A stretch of DNA of 64,000 bases from Tubulanus polymorphus (lineage: Eukaryota; Animalia; Nemertea): assembly GCF_964204645.1 (NCBI RefSeq), contig NC_134031.1:11286088-11350087 (forward strand). Direction: 5' to 3'. Below, in pieces: positions 36,224-49,600 of the stretch (positions are counted from its first letter, which is position 1; each line of letters opens with the position of its first letter). A program made the position numbers and the translations under genes. The notes under the pieces are model-generated. The model ran no database searches and had not been told where the DNA came from. It saw only the letters and a list, made by a program, of their open reading frames with translations.

Positions 36224-37504
36224 CTAGTTTCCCTGATTCGGAGGCCTCGGGGTTGAAGTACCGTGGTTATAGTTCCCGTAATTACGTGGTGGTGCATGGC
36301 GAGGTTGGTATTGGTTTGTGTGCCTTGTGTATGAGTTAGATGGCGGCTGATAATTGTTTTGATTGTACCTTCGTCCGCGAAAAAATTGTTCATCCCGACA
36401 GTAGTGGGCTGTGTGTCCTAAACGTTTACATCGACCACATATAGGTTCACCTGTCGTGCTACGTAGATTGCGTTGGGCACCCCCATCTGTTGGCCTATTA
36501 TTTTGGGATTGAATACTACGGACCTCAGCCCGAAGAAAAGATATTTCCTCTTTTAGGGATTTCAAAATTTCCGACTCTGGGCTGCTGATTGCATTGACAG
36601 TAGGCGGGGTTTCTAGTTGATTAATTATCTCTGCCGTGAGGGCGTGATTAACGGCTTCATCAATCGAATTGGGGTGTTGTATTAGCACGAATTTTCGAAG
36701 GTCCGATCTCAATCCTGCGAGAAATATCTGTAGCCTAGATGCGGGAGAGGTTCCTAATTTAGAAAATTTAGATGTCAGATCCTCCGTAAACGACCGTACG
36801 GGCTCATGAGGACCCTGTTTCCTACCAAGCAGGGCCTGCTCCTGAACCCAATACAGGTCCTTTGGGTCTAACTTCGACTGGAGACCATCCTTAATGTGTG
36901 CATACGTAGGGGTCCCGGGGCCAGTATATTGCGATATTATATCATCAAAGTGGTCCCGCGCAATATCTGTTAGATATGCGGGCAAAGCAGACGCTCTCAC
37001 CCCATCACTCCACCGATTAAGTGAAGCCAACGCCTCAAAATCGCGAATAAATCTCGAAAAATCTCTCGAAGATTTTCCTGAAAATTTCTCCAATTCAGGA
37101 GGATGGAAAAGTGGCTTCTCGAGCCTGTGAACTAGAAGATTTAGGTCGTCCTGATAATCTGCAGCCCTATCGGGGGTCACATGACTATACGACGCGATAG
37201 GTGGGGGCGGCGGTGTGGGTGGGATAGCCACAGAATATATCGGCGATTGAATGCTCGGCGTAGGCGCAACTCGAGGTGACGGCACTGCCGGTGGCTCAAA
37301 TGCAGGCCGCAAATATGGAACATCAGCAGTTGACCGAGGGGTACTCGAGGCAAAAGTAACAGAAGTGACAGCCGATGGATTAAATGAATGCGACGTTACA
37401 TATTCTCTCTGAACACGGGGTGGCCTAACCGTAACTGTGGTAGAATCGTCCTCACTCCCAGTGTCGGACTGTGTTACAACCGTATGAACCTCCATAGGAA
37501 ACAA
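36224..37504 (-). CDS. gag: Gypsy B Gag (426 aa)
   Basis: EKFSG..F...FE, RKQGPHEPVRSF, FLAGLR capsid motifs; CCHC knuckle CGRCKRLGHTAHYC; ends NQGN. Intact. Confidence 0.9.
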   Translation of the reverse strand: MFPMEVHTVVTQSDTGSEDDSTTVTVRPPRVQREYVTSHSFNPSAVTSVTFASSTPRSTADVPYLRPAFEPPAVPSPRVAPTPSIQSPIYSVAIPPTPPPPPIASYSHVTPDRAADYQDDLNLLVHRLEKPLFHPPELEKFSGKSSRDFSRFIRDFEALASLNRWSDGVRASALPAYLTDIARDHFDDIISQYTGPGTPTYAHIKDGLQSKLDPKDLYWVQEQALLGRKQGPHEPVRSFTEDLTSKFSKLGTSPASRLQIFLAGLRSDLRKFVLIQHPNSIDEAVNHALTAEIINQLETPPTVNAISSPESEILKSLKEEISFLRAEVRSIQSQNNRPTDGGAQRNLRSTTGEPICGRCKRLGHTAHYCRDEQFFRGRRYNQNNYQPPSNSYTRHTNQYQPRHAPPRNYGNYNHGTSTPRPPNQGN

Positions 37505-37643
37505 TCAAAATGCTACACATAAATCTAAAATAGTAATTTAAGTAGGGACTCGCTTGGTACAGCAAGAAAATACGCTGAAAATGAAAAGTCGAATTAGTAT
37601 ATAGAAAGAAAAATAATTAGTAGCATACTCACCAAGACCGTGG

Positions 37644-37655
37644 TTCTCCACCAGT
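37644..37655 (-). other. Primer binding site of Gypsy B (tRNA-Ala-like)
   Basis: Minus strand LTR-ac-TGGTGGAGAA, complementary to a tRNA 3' end TTCTCCACCA as in eukaryotic tRNA-Ala. Confidence 0.7.
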
Positions 37656-38029
37656 TGATATAGGATTCCGTAGTGAAATTCCTAGCTCAGAGAATTGACA
37701 AGAAATGTGGTTGTTAGTTAATTCAGTTTATTGAGCCGACCGAGCTGTTGTGAGAGCTAGAACAAGAGTCTAGAACAAGAGAGTCTAGAACAAGAGAGTG
37801 AACTGGAGAATGAGTCCACGACAAGCGTATTTATACTCTCAGATGGCCACGTCAATTGAACAATGACCATCTGGATTACTTGATGATCACGAAGGCCACG
37901 TTGGCAAAACAATGACCATCTGGATTAATCACGAAGGCCATATTTACTAATGTAGAGTTTCAAATATGTGCTCAAATTTCCGGTGCATATGTTTCACTGT
38001 AAGCTATCTAGCTCATCTTCTATATATCA
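37656..38029 (-). repeat. 5' LTR of Gypsy B (374 bp)
   Basis: Direct repeat of 13741-14102 with one extra CTAGAACAAGAGT unit. Confidence 0.95.
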
Positions 38030-38126
38030 GATGGTTCTAGTAGGATGCGGACCATCAGTAGGTGTACCTCCACTAGAATCACATGCCGGGCCAGCAACCA
38101 CATATCCATCTTGAGGTGTCGTTTGC

Positions 38127-38204
38127 ATATGGTTTGATGGTCTCGATATCATTTGAATATGGTTTGATGGTCTCGATATCATTTGAATATGGTTTGATGG
38201 TCTC
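38127..38204. repeat. 30-bp tandem repeat (~2.6 copies) in the Gypsy A gag-pol spacer
   Basis: ATATGGTTTGATGGTCTCGATATCATTTGA. Confidence 0.85.
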
Positions 38205-38337
38205 ACGGTGGTGGGGCTAGTATGATGGTAACCATCAATAGGTGCATCTCTACTTGCATCGCACTTTAGACCATTTGCCATATTCATCCGATTTTTCCTA
38301 CGTCTTGCAGGGGGTATATACAGCGGTACAGGTGGGA

Positions 38338-39301
38338 CTATTTCCTGATGGGGTTTCCATTGCCCCCCTGAAAACTCCGCTTCTCGTTTCCCTGGTTTCC
38401 CTTAGGTAGGTGGCAGTTACTTGAATAGTGACTACTCCCCTCGCAATTATAGCATTTAACTTGTGGGCACAAGTTTTCAGGGTGGTCTGCATCTCTGCAA
38501 CGCCAACATTTGTCATCGGCAGGCGGTCGACGATTGCCATTACCAGAGACAACTGCTTCCAAATGACCTACTCGAGTCATCAGCGTTCCCATCATCGATT
38601 TCAATTCGTCGAGTTGTTTGGCTATAGCTGAGCTGGGTCTGGTTAACGGATACTTTTTGTTTATGAGTCGTGCACTCAGTCAACCGTGTAGCTGTTTCCA
38701 GAGTCCGTGCTTGAGCGACTGCTGCAGCCAACGAACTTGGCTGGGCCGGATACATTGACTGCTTCGCTGAGACGGGTAGGCTATTACCTTTTAGGAATTG
38801 GTCTTTGGCCAATTCATCTTGCAGCTCGAAGGCAATGCCAGGGTACGCGTTCCTTGCCAGTTCTGCTAACTCGTCGGCATAGCGTTCCACAGATTCTGTT
38901 GTCTTTTGGTCCCTCCCTTTCAACAACATCTTAAAGTCATCCGCAGTCTCTGTTTGTTGGAAGCGCGATGATAGCCGCCTACAGAAATCATCATACGACA
39001 GGCTCGAGTCGAGACGTAGGTTCGAGACAGCCTGGTATGCCTCATGGTCAAGTCGCATCATCAGGTGTGATTTACGCTGTTCGCCCCCGTTGATGCGAGA
39101 ACTAATCTGAGCCAGGTCAGCGAACGCGTCAAACCTTTCGAGCCAAACGCGGAAATTGTGTCTCATGGTATAGGGCTTGGGTGCCGGAATATTGTGCATT
39201 TTCGGGGTGGGTGCATCTCTCGTCAGGACCCTCTCCATCACTTCAGTCAGTCGCTGGAGGATGGAATCCTCAGATGTTTTCAAATTTTCAGATTTTGTCA
39301 T
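38338..39301 (-). pseudogene. gag: Gypsy A Gag with two CCHC knuckles (frameshift near 38610)
   Basis: FRVWLERF, RDQKTTESVERYADELAELARNAYP, KDQFLKG; CWRC...H....C and CYNC...H....C; NQGN. Confidence 0.88.
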
Positions 39302-41224
39302 CGTTGGACGGCCACGTTGGTTTTAACGAGAGGCTACCCTCCCCACTAACCAGGGGGTCATGATGTGCAGCTCCGGCCGTTGGTGACATAGGCCTACATA
39401 AGGCCAAGGGCTCACACACATCATTCTCAACATCCGACATAATTACTATTCTTTCATACAAATGACACAGAAAATACAGGACCGCAAATAAATTTAGAGG
39501 AAACAGGCACTTAAATAATACTAAAAATGTACTAGGAATTACGAAGTCGAGGCATTCTCTATTTGATAAAAAGCGAAGGAAGTGACAAGGCCGTAGGCCT
39601 ATACAACTTCATAATTAAAATTTTTATAAAACGTGCCTGGCACATGCGGCAGAACACGGTTTTTTTATTGCGATTGTTTCGGTCTTAAGTATTTCACTTT
39701 ATGGTTTCAGATTATCAAACCTACAGACGATTTTGGTCGATGGAATTACCTAATGAACGGCTACAATCCGGCACCAGAACAACAAAATCCGACACCCACA
39801 CAAAACAATCGTAGCCACCATCAACATCAGCCACCGATCAAAAAAAAATGACCAATGAGCGAAAGCAATTAAGAGTAAGTGCCAAAATTCGGTTAAGGGA
39901 ACCTCGTTGTGTCAGTTTTTTTTAAACCTAGCTCTTGTTTTTCTAGTCGATATTCAGAGATGCGTGTTCCATCGAGCAACTAAATGGCATGAAAGGGCCA
40001 TCAGAAAACATTGAAACGAGTAAGATACAAGCCCTATTCTCAGATAACTAATTTCTGTATTCGGTTATGGTAAAACTATATATTAAACTGTTTGCTTTGA
40101 ATTCTAGATCGAAAGTGACCTCCAAATTGCCAACATTTCGCCGAGTACGACGTCGATATTAGACGAAATTAGAAAGACCTGTAAATATAGGCAAGACGCA
40201 ATGCGGATGTGATGGTTAACAGACAGCTTATTATAGACCTATATTTCGATTCATTTTGCAAATGAATTTTCTATTTCTTCGCAGCAAACTAAAAAACGAC
40301 AGAAAAAGAAATGCCTAAAAAGTAAAACTAACATTTAGAATGGGCGAGACGAGCGGGGAGCTGGGAAGTGGTGTCGAGACATGGGTTGGTGAAAGAGATT
40401 GTGGTAAGTACATTGTATTTGTTGCAAAAATTAAATTTATTTTTCAAATACAACTTCTCGTCATTTCGTCTTCATTTATAGGTAGGCCTATATTGGTTAT
40501 TATTAAAAAAGTTTTTGCTCTGTTCAGATACATCTCAAAATAACCTTTTTGCAACCCAAAATTACAGTTTTTTGGAGAATGAACCGATGATGATGATGAT
40601 GATGAAAACTGGCGTTTCTAATTAGCGGATACATACCGTAAATCACTGGATAGTCAGCCCTAAAGACAAATTTGGTCTCAATTAGTATTGAACTTTCAGA
40701 GTTAAAGACTCTTGATTTTATGACAATACACATGTAATTTGTTTTGGGATAGAAGGTTTATAGATACCCCATCGCCTAAACTAGTTTCAGCATCTGATTT
40801 TGTTGATTCGATATTCCGATAGGTGGCGGTTGGATCGCTGCAGATGTGCACATTACTGATGTTTTAGTTTTATGAAAAAAACAATGTTTTCTTACAGAAG
40901 TGGCGTACGTGATGGTGGATGAAATTAAAGACCTCGCCAAGATGTTTGTGGTTTCGAGAAATTGGAGGGTAGGGAGGGGTTTTAAAATTCCACGAAACTA
41001 TGTTTTTGATATTGATAAGGAAGAGTAAAATCTGTGTTGACGTTTGTTACTAATAAGGCAAACATAATAAACAATTTTAATTAATTTGTAGTCTAATCGT
41101 CTAATTTTTTTAACCATTCGATGCGACTTTTTCACGAACGTAAGTTAATTTGGTCTGTCCTGGCATGCTATCCCCTCAGTAGCCCCACTCCACTGGATTA
41201 TAACCTATCATGCTTAAGTGTCAT

Positions 41225-41268
41225 ATTCACCCGTTAAGGGATTCGAACCCACTTAGCTAAAGCCGTTC
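41225..41268 (-). repeat. tRNA-derived SINE-like fragment (inverted relative of ~62365-62408)
   Basis: Both copies share GGCTTTAGCT(A/T)AGTGGGTTCGAATCCCTT, which contains a Pol III B-box. Confidence 0.5.
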
Positions 41269-44200
41269 CCGAACCCGTTGAACTCACGAGTCGTTGGAGT
41301 CGTTACTAGCCGACCAGTATCAGGTCGGGCCAATCTATCGGCTTGTAACAAACGTCATTAGGCTTCTATGAAATTTCCCGGTAAATAGACCAATCAGCGA
41401 ACACGTGATAGTGTACGTGTTGGAAGAAAAGATCGCGCGTCGTCGGGAGCGATACCGGACTCCTGGCAAGCGAGGATGACTTAGTACAGCCAGTTCTACT
41501 GTCTAAGGTACAACGCGAGCAGATCCGGCAACACGTGCGTATTGACGTGAGGTGAGCGTGAAAGACATGACCTCAGCGAGCCAGCCAATCATATTCCAAG
41601 AAGTGTAAAGTAGGCGGAGCTTAAGTGTCATCAAGACAACCAATAATCAAGTCGTACTGAGTAATGCAGCGCGCTCACCGGGAATTGTACTGATCTTTAA
41701 ATTAACCTAGAGCTTCATTTCATCCAAAGTGGTACACCACCTGTAACTTGTAAGGTAGTATTTTCGCAATTCAAACAGGTATTCGCATATTTAAGATAGA
41801 TTTTTGGTTGAAAGAACAGCCATTATATGGTACATGGTAGGACACAATTTCTCCGACCGATACGTGATAGTGACCGTTCTCGTTAGTGCCTGCCGCATCA
41901 ATCTATCCGAGCACAGCTGGTGTGTACACAATCACTGTACGTACTACTGTAATAACAGTGTAGCGTTTGTGCAATCGTATTTATTAAAATGTATTAAATC
42001 GAATTGAATTGAATAATATGTAGAATTTTCGTGTTTTGATATTGTAGCGTCTGTGCAATTGTATGTATTTATTCAAATGTATTGAATTGAATTGAATAAT
42101 ATTTAGAGGGGGGCGGGATAGGTTTGTTAGATGTTACTCCATTTACTTTTGTTGAATTTAAGATGTATACTGTATATAGATATTGTGTATTGATATGTTG
42201 TATAGATGGGGGGTGGGATCACTTACTTAAAATGTGTATTTTTAACCGGCTAAGTATCCGTAAATTTTAATCATGCTGGTAGTGTCCGTGGCACGCGAGT
42301 GGCGGCGCTATCAGCTGGTGTGTCGGTTGTCATGTCAGTTGTTGGGCTAGCGGGGTGGGGTTACCAGGCTGAGCTGCCCGTTGTCATGCTGAGATGCTGG
42401 GGTCAACCGATTATCATTATTTAACGATATTAACTGTTTTACCGGTCGTATTGACTCCCATCATTTCAGTTTGGCAGTTGACAGCTCCGGTCTTTGACCG
42501 GGCTGACCGACATTCACGTAATCGGTTCACTATTGATAATTAATAAGTCAGTCAGGCCGGCCGTCTCCTTTTTATCGTTTTCAACGATGATTGTGATTGA
42601 CAGCTTGGATTTGTCTGAACTTCCATTAATTTACTCTTCGAACCGTATTTGCGTGATTTGATTGTCGATTCGAATTATATGATAATACGTTTACGTAATA
42701 GGTTTTTGTTCTTTTACGAGATACTTAGACGGTAGATTCGATAAAGAAAAGAATAAGTTATATAGTAGAATTAACCTAATATTTATTCACTTTGAATTAT
42801 AATAAGAAAGTATGACTTTAATAAATTAATAATTAGATTCAGTATTTTATATGGGGCTTCAGACTTATCTATTGAGAATGGTCAGAACCTTAATAAGGAC
42901 TGAGGAAAAATTATTTATGATATCAGCTTTTTGACAAGATTGAAATGGTGGAGACGAATAGCAGAGGACTATTTAGTAGGGACTTTGAGCCTACAGCCCA
43001 TAGGTGGGAGAATCTATGGTAGGATTTTGGACTGCCATTAGTATGAAGTGAGGGTTACGGGATTATTCTATAGACCGGTCGAATGTAGGGTAGATCCAGG
43101 TATAATTTGGGGTGGCCAACTCAATTATAATATGCTGTGGGCCTTACGGGCATGTAAGATACATGTTGCTGAGGATAACCGTATACCGGAAAATAGGCTA
43201 TTCGTGCTCGGTATGCACGATCTTAACATAGCAGACTATAATTTTCAAATCGTGGCTGTTTTATAGATTTATCTCTCTCGGTTTCTCATGAGGATCATCT
43301 CTTGCGGTGAAATATTATTTCCCTTTTTGGTTTCACTACCAGAAATCATTCGACGTAAGCGAACTCCGTAGCGGGCTTGGAAGACTTTAGATTTTACCTT
43401 CAAGACCTCCTGACATATTAGATGAATGACGATTGAAGCAGCAAATTGATGAGCAGAAGAATGACCGCCATATTAGAAGAGAGAGGGCAGCACCGTGTTG
43501 CCCCCGTTTTCCGCTACAACACAACGCTGCCGACCGTTCTCGTTAGTGCCTCGCGGTGATGAGTGTGACGCCCTCTGGCCTGGAAACGCCATATTCCAAT
43601 TACTTACAAGACCCCGCCAGTACGGGTAACCGAGCAAAAAACCGCCGGAAAAAGCGAGTCAAGTCAATCCATTGTTTTCCCCGGAGCTGCTCTGAAGTAT
43701 TGAAACCGCCTGCGGCAGTTGTCTATCGGGTTTTCCCACTGATATCGAAATACCGAGTACGCATAAGCCTACCAAGTAAATATCAAGTATAAGCTGTAAA
43801 GCCTGACGCCATTGCTTAAAATTTGGAAAATTCTCTGACCGCCAGTAGCTGGCTGTGGTAGGTAGTTTTAGAGTAATCATCATCATCATCAGTAACCAGG
43901 GGCGGATCCAGGGGGATTGGTAGACAGTACTGGAAGGAAATTTAAGGTAGGGCCTAGGGATTTCAAGTGAAAATTTTCCAAACACTATAGAAACAATTTA
44001 AAGGGCCTAAATGAAAGAAGGGTTTAATATAAGATCATAGCAATTAACAGAACTAAAATCGGTTGAGCCGTTCAAAAGTTATGAAGGAATTTGTCGGCTG
44101 AAAATCGCACTTCTCAGCCATAGAGTCTTCATTAGGAAATGAGCTAAAGGTCATAAGGTCAAATGGTGACCAAATGATCAATTTCTTAGTTAAGAAACAA

Positions 44201-46285
44201 TTGAAAGTAGAAAAGAAACTTGTATATCTTTGGGAATTGTCATCCGATTTCAATCAAACTTTGGGAAAAATCAGAATAATAGTTTCCCTATTGATTATAA
44301 AACTTAAACTAATAATTAATTAAGCCAATTAAGGGTAATTAGCTTAATTAATTGGCTCATTGCCAGATCCAGGTATTCATCAGCTAAAAGCAGAGGATAA
44401 ATGTTTACTTATTTGTGTTACAACTTTACAGGGATAAATATATGCGACCATAATTTGTCGCAGATCTCGCAACACATAGAAATTGGTTGCCATGGTAACC
44501 ACTATAGCAACAATTGATTCTTGGGATCAATATGGTTGCCGGCGCTCGGAAAGTATTTCAAACCCAAAAACGCATCATGATTGGTATCAAAATGACCGTA
44601 TTTTTCCCAGCTTCCTCTATTTAATCAGGATTCATGCATTCAGTTGATTGGTAAGAAAATATTAGAGATCGAATAAGAATTCTTGAATTTCAAATTTAGG
44701 CCAAGTTGCGTTAGGCCTATAGGATCTTCATAGCTGAAGAAGATCCAGAAGGAACCTTTATGGTATATAAAGTACTCGAAGAAGGATTTATTAATTTACA
44801 CTTTTATCTTTTGCAGGTGACTCCAAGAAATATGGTGAAGTTAAATAAGCCGAACCCATGTTGAAAAAATCATTATGCGAAATGTAGAATTGTAGGCAAA
44901 TCCCTTAAAGCTTAGGCCTACCACTGGCTGAAGGTAGTAATTTAAACTGCAACCTTCTTATCTGAATAAGCTTCAATAGATAAGTTAATGGATTTGTGGA
45001 TTGAGAATTTGATTGCTTGTAATTAATAAAATACAGCAATTAGAAATTTTGTGGCGGCCCAAGTCCAAAGATGTTCATAAGAGTTTAGCCATTTCAATTG
45101 TAGCTTATAGTTGATTAGTAAAACATAAATAAATTATTATTTGATAAATAAATATTGTATTTTCATTTCAGTTTAGTTTTAACATGGTCAGTTTTATTGG
45201 GGAGAGGCAGGGGGCTCATCTAGCTGCTTTTTCAGTGTGATTGATGAGCCGAGCGAGGTAGGCCTAAAAGGCCTTCAGAATAACACACGGGATTTCTTTA
45301 GCTTCATCGGTTACATCAACCCCAAAGTTGCTCAAAATAAAATTATTATCATAAACTTCATTGATCCTGGGAGAAAATGACTTAAAACAACTTAAAACTA
45401 GCGTAAACAGCTGATTTACACATGTAAACAAACGCTAACGCGAACCCGGAAGTGAATGAAAATGCCCGGATGTAGCAATTTTTTCGATACTTCCCAACTT
45501 TACAGCAATTTCCGGGGAAGACGGCTTAACGAATCAAACTAAAACGTTTTGCTATATACACTAAAACTACTATATTTTTACACCTGGGGGAGAACTAATT
45601 TCTAAATTTCATAATTTGATGAAATATATTGCATTTAAAACTTTATAGTGTCGCAAAATCGGTCAAATTGCTGGTACAAACAAGTACGGCATACCTGGAT
45701 GTCAATCAAGAACTTTTGAAAACACCTGTGAAGGTTTCGTGATCCCCAGTCCCGCCCCTTTTTTGCGAGATCGCCTAGAGGTTGGGCATCTCAAAACTGC
45801 ATTTTTCGAAATCCGCGGTGAAGAGTACACGCGCACCTGTCAATCAACAATCTATAGTTGGCTAGAGTCCAACAGCTTGTAACTCGCGAACTACGCCGCG
45901 CATCAACATGGAATTTTCAACACAGTACAAGATGCTTATTATCTTCCCTCGAAAATTTAGTTCAAGTAAATCGGATGACAATTACTGAATTTATCAAGTT
46001 CATAACTTTTGAAGTGGGAAAAAACGGCACTATGGCCGGTTTTGATCACGTGATCTGAAAACCCTATTTAAGGGCACCTTTCTGATCTTAGGGCACACCG
46101 AGTATCAAGGTCAATGCACAGGGGCTCGTATCAGAGTTGTAGGTAATGTAAAAACGATAATCTGTTAATCCAATGTATATAGTATATATAAAATAACAAG
46201 GGGGCTAATCACGCTCACAAACAACTCAACTTCGGTCGCTTACTATTTCGTTATTTCTCATCCGATTTTGATAATCCAGGCATGA

Positions 46286-46668
46286 TAATTCAATAAACTC
46301 TTTATTGTACTGCTTACACCCTTTCGGGTCGAGATCCACAGAGTGATATTTACAAATAGTATTTACAAAACATAAACATTTTACATTAATATAACAAGAA
46401 TAAAAGCAGTTTCGTGTTAATTATTATCAGAGTCTAGGATTTCAAAGCCTTTAGAGATGTATTCCCCAATAGAACCATGTAGTTTCTTATCTGTGAGAAG
46501 TTTTTTGAATTTGGTCTGGTCCTCCCAATTTGGGGCATCTGGGTATATACAGCTCACTGCTCTGTTTAGGTTATATCTTATTTCATTTAGTCGAGAGCAT
46601 TCTATTATAAAATGAAACTCATCTTCAATGGCATTACAGTGTTGGCACAGTCTATTCTCTCTTGATAT
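46286..46668 (-). mobile_element. 5'-truncated non-LTR retrotransposon (LINE) 3' end
   Basis: The minus frame reads RENRLCQHCNAIEDEFHFIIEC...DSDNN* (LINE ORF2 C-terminal zinc motif), then a short 3' UTR with AATAAA. Confidence 0.75.
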
Positions 46669-49600
46669 GAAAGCTAATAGCTTCCTGCTTCTAACAAAAC
46701 CAATCCCGTTAACTTCTGATGAATAGTTCGCAAATTATATGTCTTTGAACGCGAAATTACGGCCGAAATCGCCTGGACCGAAAATGCTATGACGCCGGTT
46801 TTTGCCGATTTCGAAACTTAAAACGTTGAGTTCGACACGAAATCCTTCACCGATTTTGATGATCGAGGGCTTTAAATGCGCAAAACATTCTATATTTTTT
46901 GGATATTGCGGTTGTTTCGTTAATCCATACGATCTTCCAGCTTTCAGTGTTGCCACTTCTCCGGATTTCTCCGGAATTCCGGATTTAAAAAAAATCCAAT
47001 TTCATTTCCGGATTTTCGGGAGAAGTCAAATAACCACAAAAGAAAACATCGCAAAAAAAATAAAATCAATTCGGGATTCGACCCTAAACATCAAAACGTG
47101 ACGGCTCCGTAGAGGGTTCGAAAAAGCCGTATTGTGCTGCCACGTAGTGGCAACAACCCGCAGTACACGATTAAACCAAGATGACGCGACGATCGAAATC
47201 GACTGACGCTTCGTTTGTTTCTTGGCTCTGGTTTATATATGAGGTGTATTTGACGGAACCAATCGCTATTTGAAAAAAAGATCTATAGGCCTAGGCGGTA
47301 ATGAGTGAGGCCTATAACGCGTATTGCGCCAGAACGCATCTGCTGGCATTCTAATTTCAAAAATTTTTTTGGGGGAGGGCCCCCAGACCCCCGACTTATT
47401 TTCCGGATTTTTAGCTTCACATAAGTGGCAACTCTGAGCTTTGCAAACGCGAATTTTCCGATTTTCCGTCAATTCACGAACTGATATCATGCGCGATCTC
47501 AAAATGGCGACTGTCATCTCCCACAATGCTTAGCGCAATACCGAACCGAAATGAATTTTATTTCCAATTTATTTTCTGTGTATATTTACGTCAAATTCAG
47601 AATCTATTATAACCGGATCATGTTTATTCTAGCTTAAATAAGATAAAACATTATTTGATTGAATTGTTACGAAATAAAATTCACTGCGGACCTGTTGCTA
47701 GTTCAAGTTCCAGGTCGCCATCTTGAGATCGCGTGTCGAGTGCGTGAATTGACGTAAAATCGGAAAATTCGCGTTTTCCCAGAAAATTTTGAAAATATGG
47801 TACCATTTAAAGGCTTTTAGAGGGCTTCTAGAGGCTAGCAGAGCAATACAGAATAAACGAATTCGAGACAAGATTTCAACACATGCGGATAAAAAATGAA
47901 GCTGGCGAACCCATGAAAGAATGGTTGTCGTCAACTTCGCCTAGTGCCCCTATAATCTTTAAAAGTGCCCCTTAACAATTATACAGAATACGGCTAAGTG
48001 CCCCTTCATTGTTAACAATCGGCAAAAATTGCCTCGTCTTCACATTTATCCTTATGTCGTGTGCCATCTTCCAAACCAAAAGTGCCCCTAAAATTTTAAA
48101 TATTAGGCAAAAACGTGCCCTTTTCTTCAATATTTTCCACGTATAGTGCCCTCTTCTAAGGTACGAGTGCCCCTTTAGCCCTCCCTGAAAAGGCAAGGAA
48201 GGACAAGGTGCCCTCATCTAAAGCATGAGTGCCCCTTGCAAAAGGAAAGTGCCCTTTTTAATTTATCATGATTAAAGGCTTTACAAATATGATTATCTCT
48301 CCTCACTTTCTCGGCAGCAGTATATACTAACCGATTAATTTTATAATTATGCCCGGGTTACGGACACGGAATTAGCGGTTGCTGAAATAATGCCGTCAAA
48401 AATATTGCCGGTGAAATTTCGAAGGGCACTTAAAAATTCTAGACCGTATTGGGCAATACGGCTAATACAGTCTGGATCCGCCCCTGGTAACATCAGCAAG
48501 CGCCGCTGCGCCAAGATGTGTACTTTTAGGCATGTCATTGTCAAGAAAATTTTCGAAATTTGCCGTATTTAATTAGTACTGGGACGGGTAATAGACTCGT
48601 TTGAAAGGGTTCTTCGTTTGAAACAAGATGCTTTTTGTCCCACAGGTGCGTGTCCAGGGCCATTCGGTGACTACAGCACAGTGAAAAAAGGGCACCAACT
48701 TTGAAAACGTAAAAGGGCCAGTAGTATTAATCTATGCCCAGCGAGTGAGTTTGAGTTTGAGTGCCATTCACATGCCACTAAATTTGTCTTCACATTCAAA
48801 TGGCTTGTGCCTTTTTGGTTTACCTTTGTCAGCGATATGATGTTGGCATTGAGCCAATTCATGTAAAATCGCGGGTAAGTTTTTTTATGCGATAGCTATA
48901 TCCATAAAAAATTCAAATAGCTCCAATCTTACTGAAAGAAAGCTTGTTGGAATGGGGAGGGCTCAAATAACAATATGCTTTTTAAATTTTTGAATTATCT
49001 TCAGTAGTTTTCAAGATATCGCAAATTGAAGTTTGAAAATTTGAGCGAAAAGTGTCTTCATGTTTCAATACACAAAAACTGTGATCTAAGAAGGCAATAT
49101 TTCATGTAAACAAACTTCAATATCTCTTAAACTAATCTAGAGATAGACTAGAAATTTAAAGAGCAATACACTCATAGCACTTTCAGGTGACAGTTGAAAG
49201 ACCCAAAATTTTTATCTGATTCCAAATGCCTATGGTTTCCATGGAAAACAGCCGAAAAATGGTAAAATAATGAAAATATCAATGTTAGATCAAAAGTTAT
49301 GATGTAGAAAGGGGATAGAATAACTAGTTATCAATAGTTTACGTTGTGGGTTCCAGTCCAGCTAGTTGCGAACAGTGTGCGGGCAACATTTCAAAGGCCG
49401 TACCGTCGTGAGGTTAAATGAACAATCCAATAGGAATAGTCTTGGGAAACCAAGATCCAAACGACGTACGTAAAGCCAAACAAACAAAAAGACAAACAAA
49501 CAATCATCTGCCGGCCTCAGTGACACCAACGCCAGCATCGCTCTCTGCGACGTTTTGCATGCGTACATGCATCAGAGCTTGGAGCTCTTAGATCAGAGGG

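Larger units (their letters stand above)
13741..38029 (-). mobile_element. Env-bearing Gypsy LTR retrotransposon B (RT-deleted), interrupted by the Polinton-like virus
   Basis: Two TG...CA LTRs, 4-bp TSD GATG (13737-13740 and 38030-38033), PBS, PPT, and gag/PR/RH/INT/env ORFs. Confidence 0.95.

Noticed and set aside
13741-38029. Idea that Gypsy B retrotransposed the whole virus as cargo
   Set aside because: It would need a ~24-kb transcript through AT-rich DNA full of poly(A) signals; later insertion is simpler and fits the similar LTR and TIR divergence.
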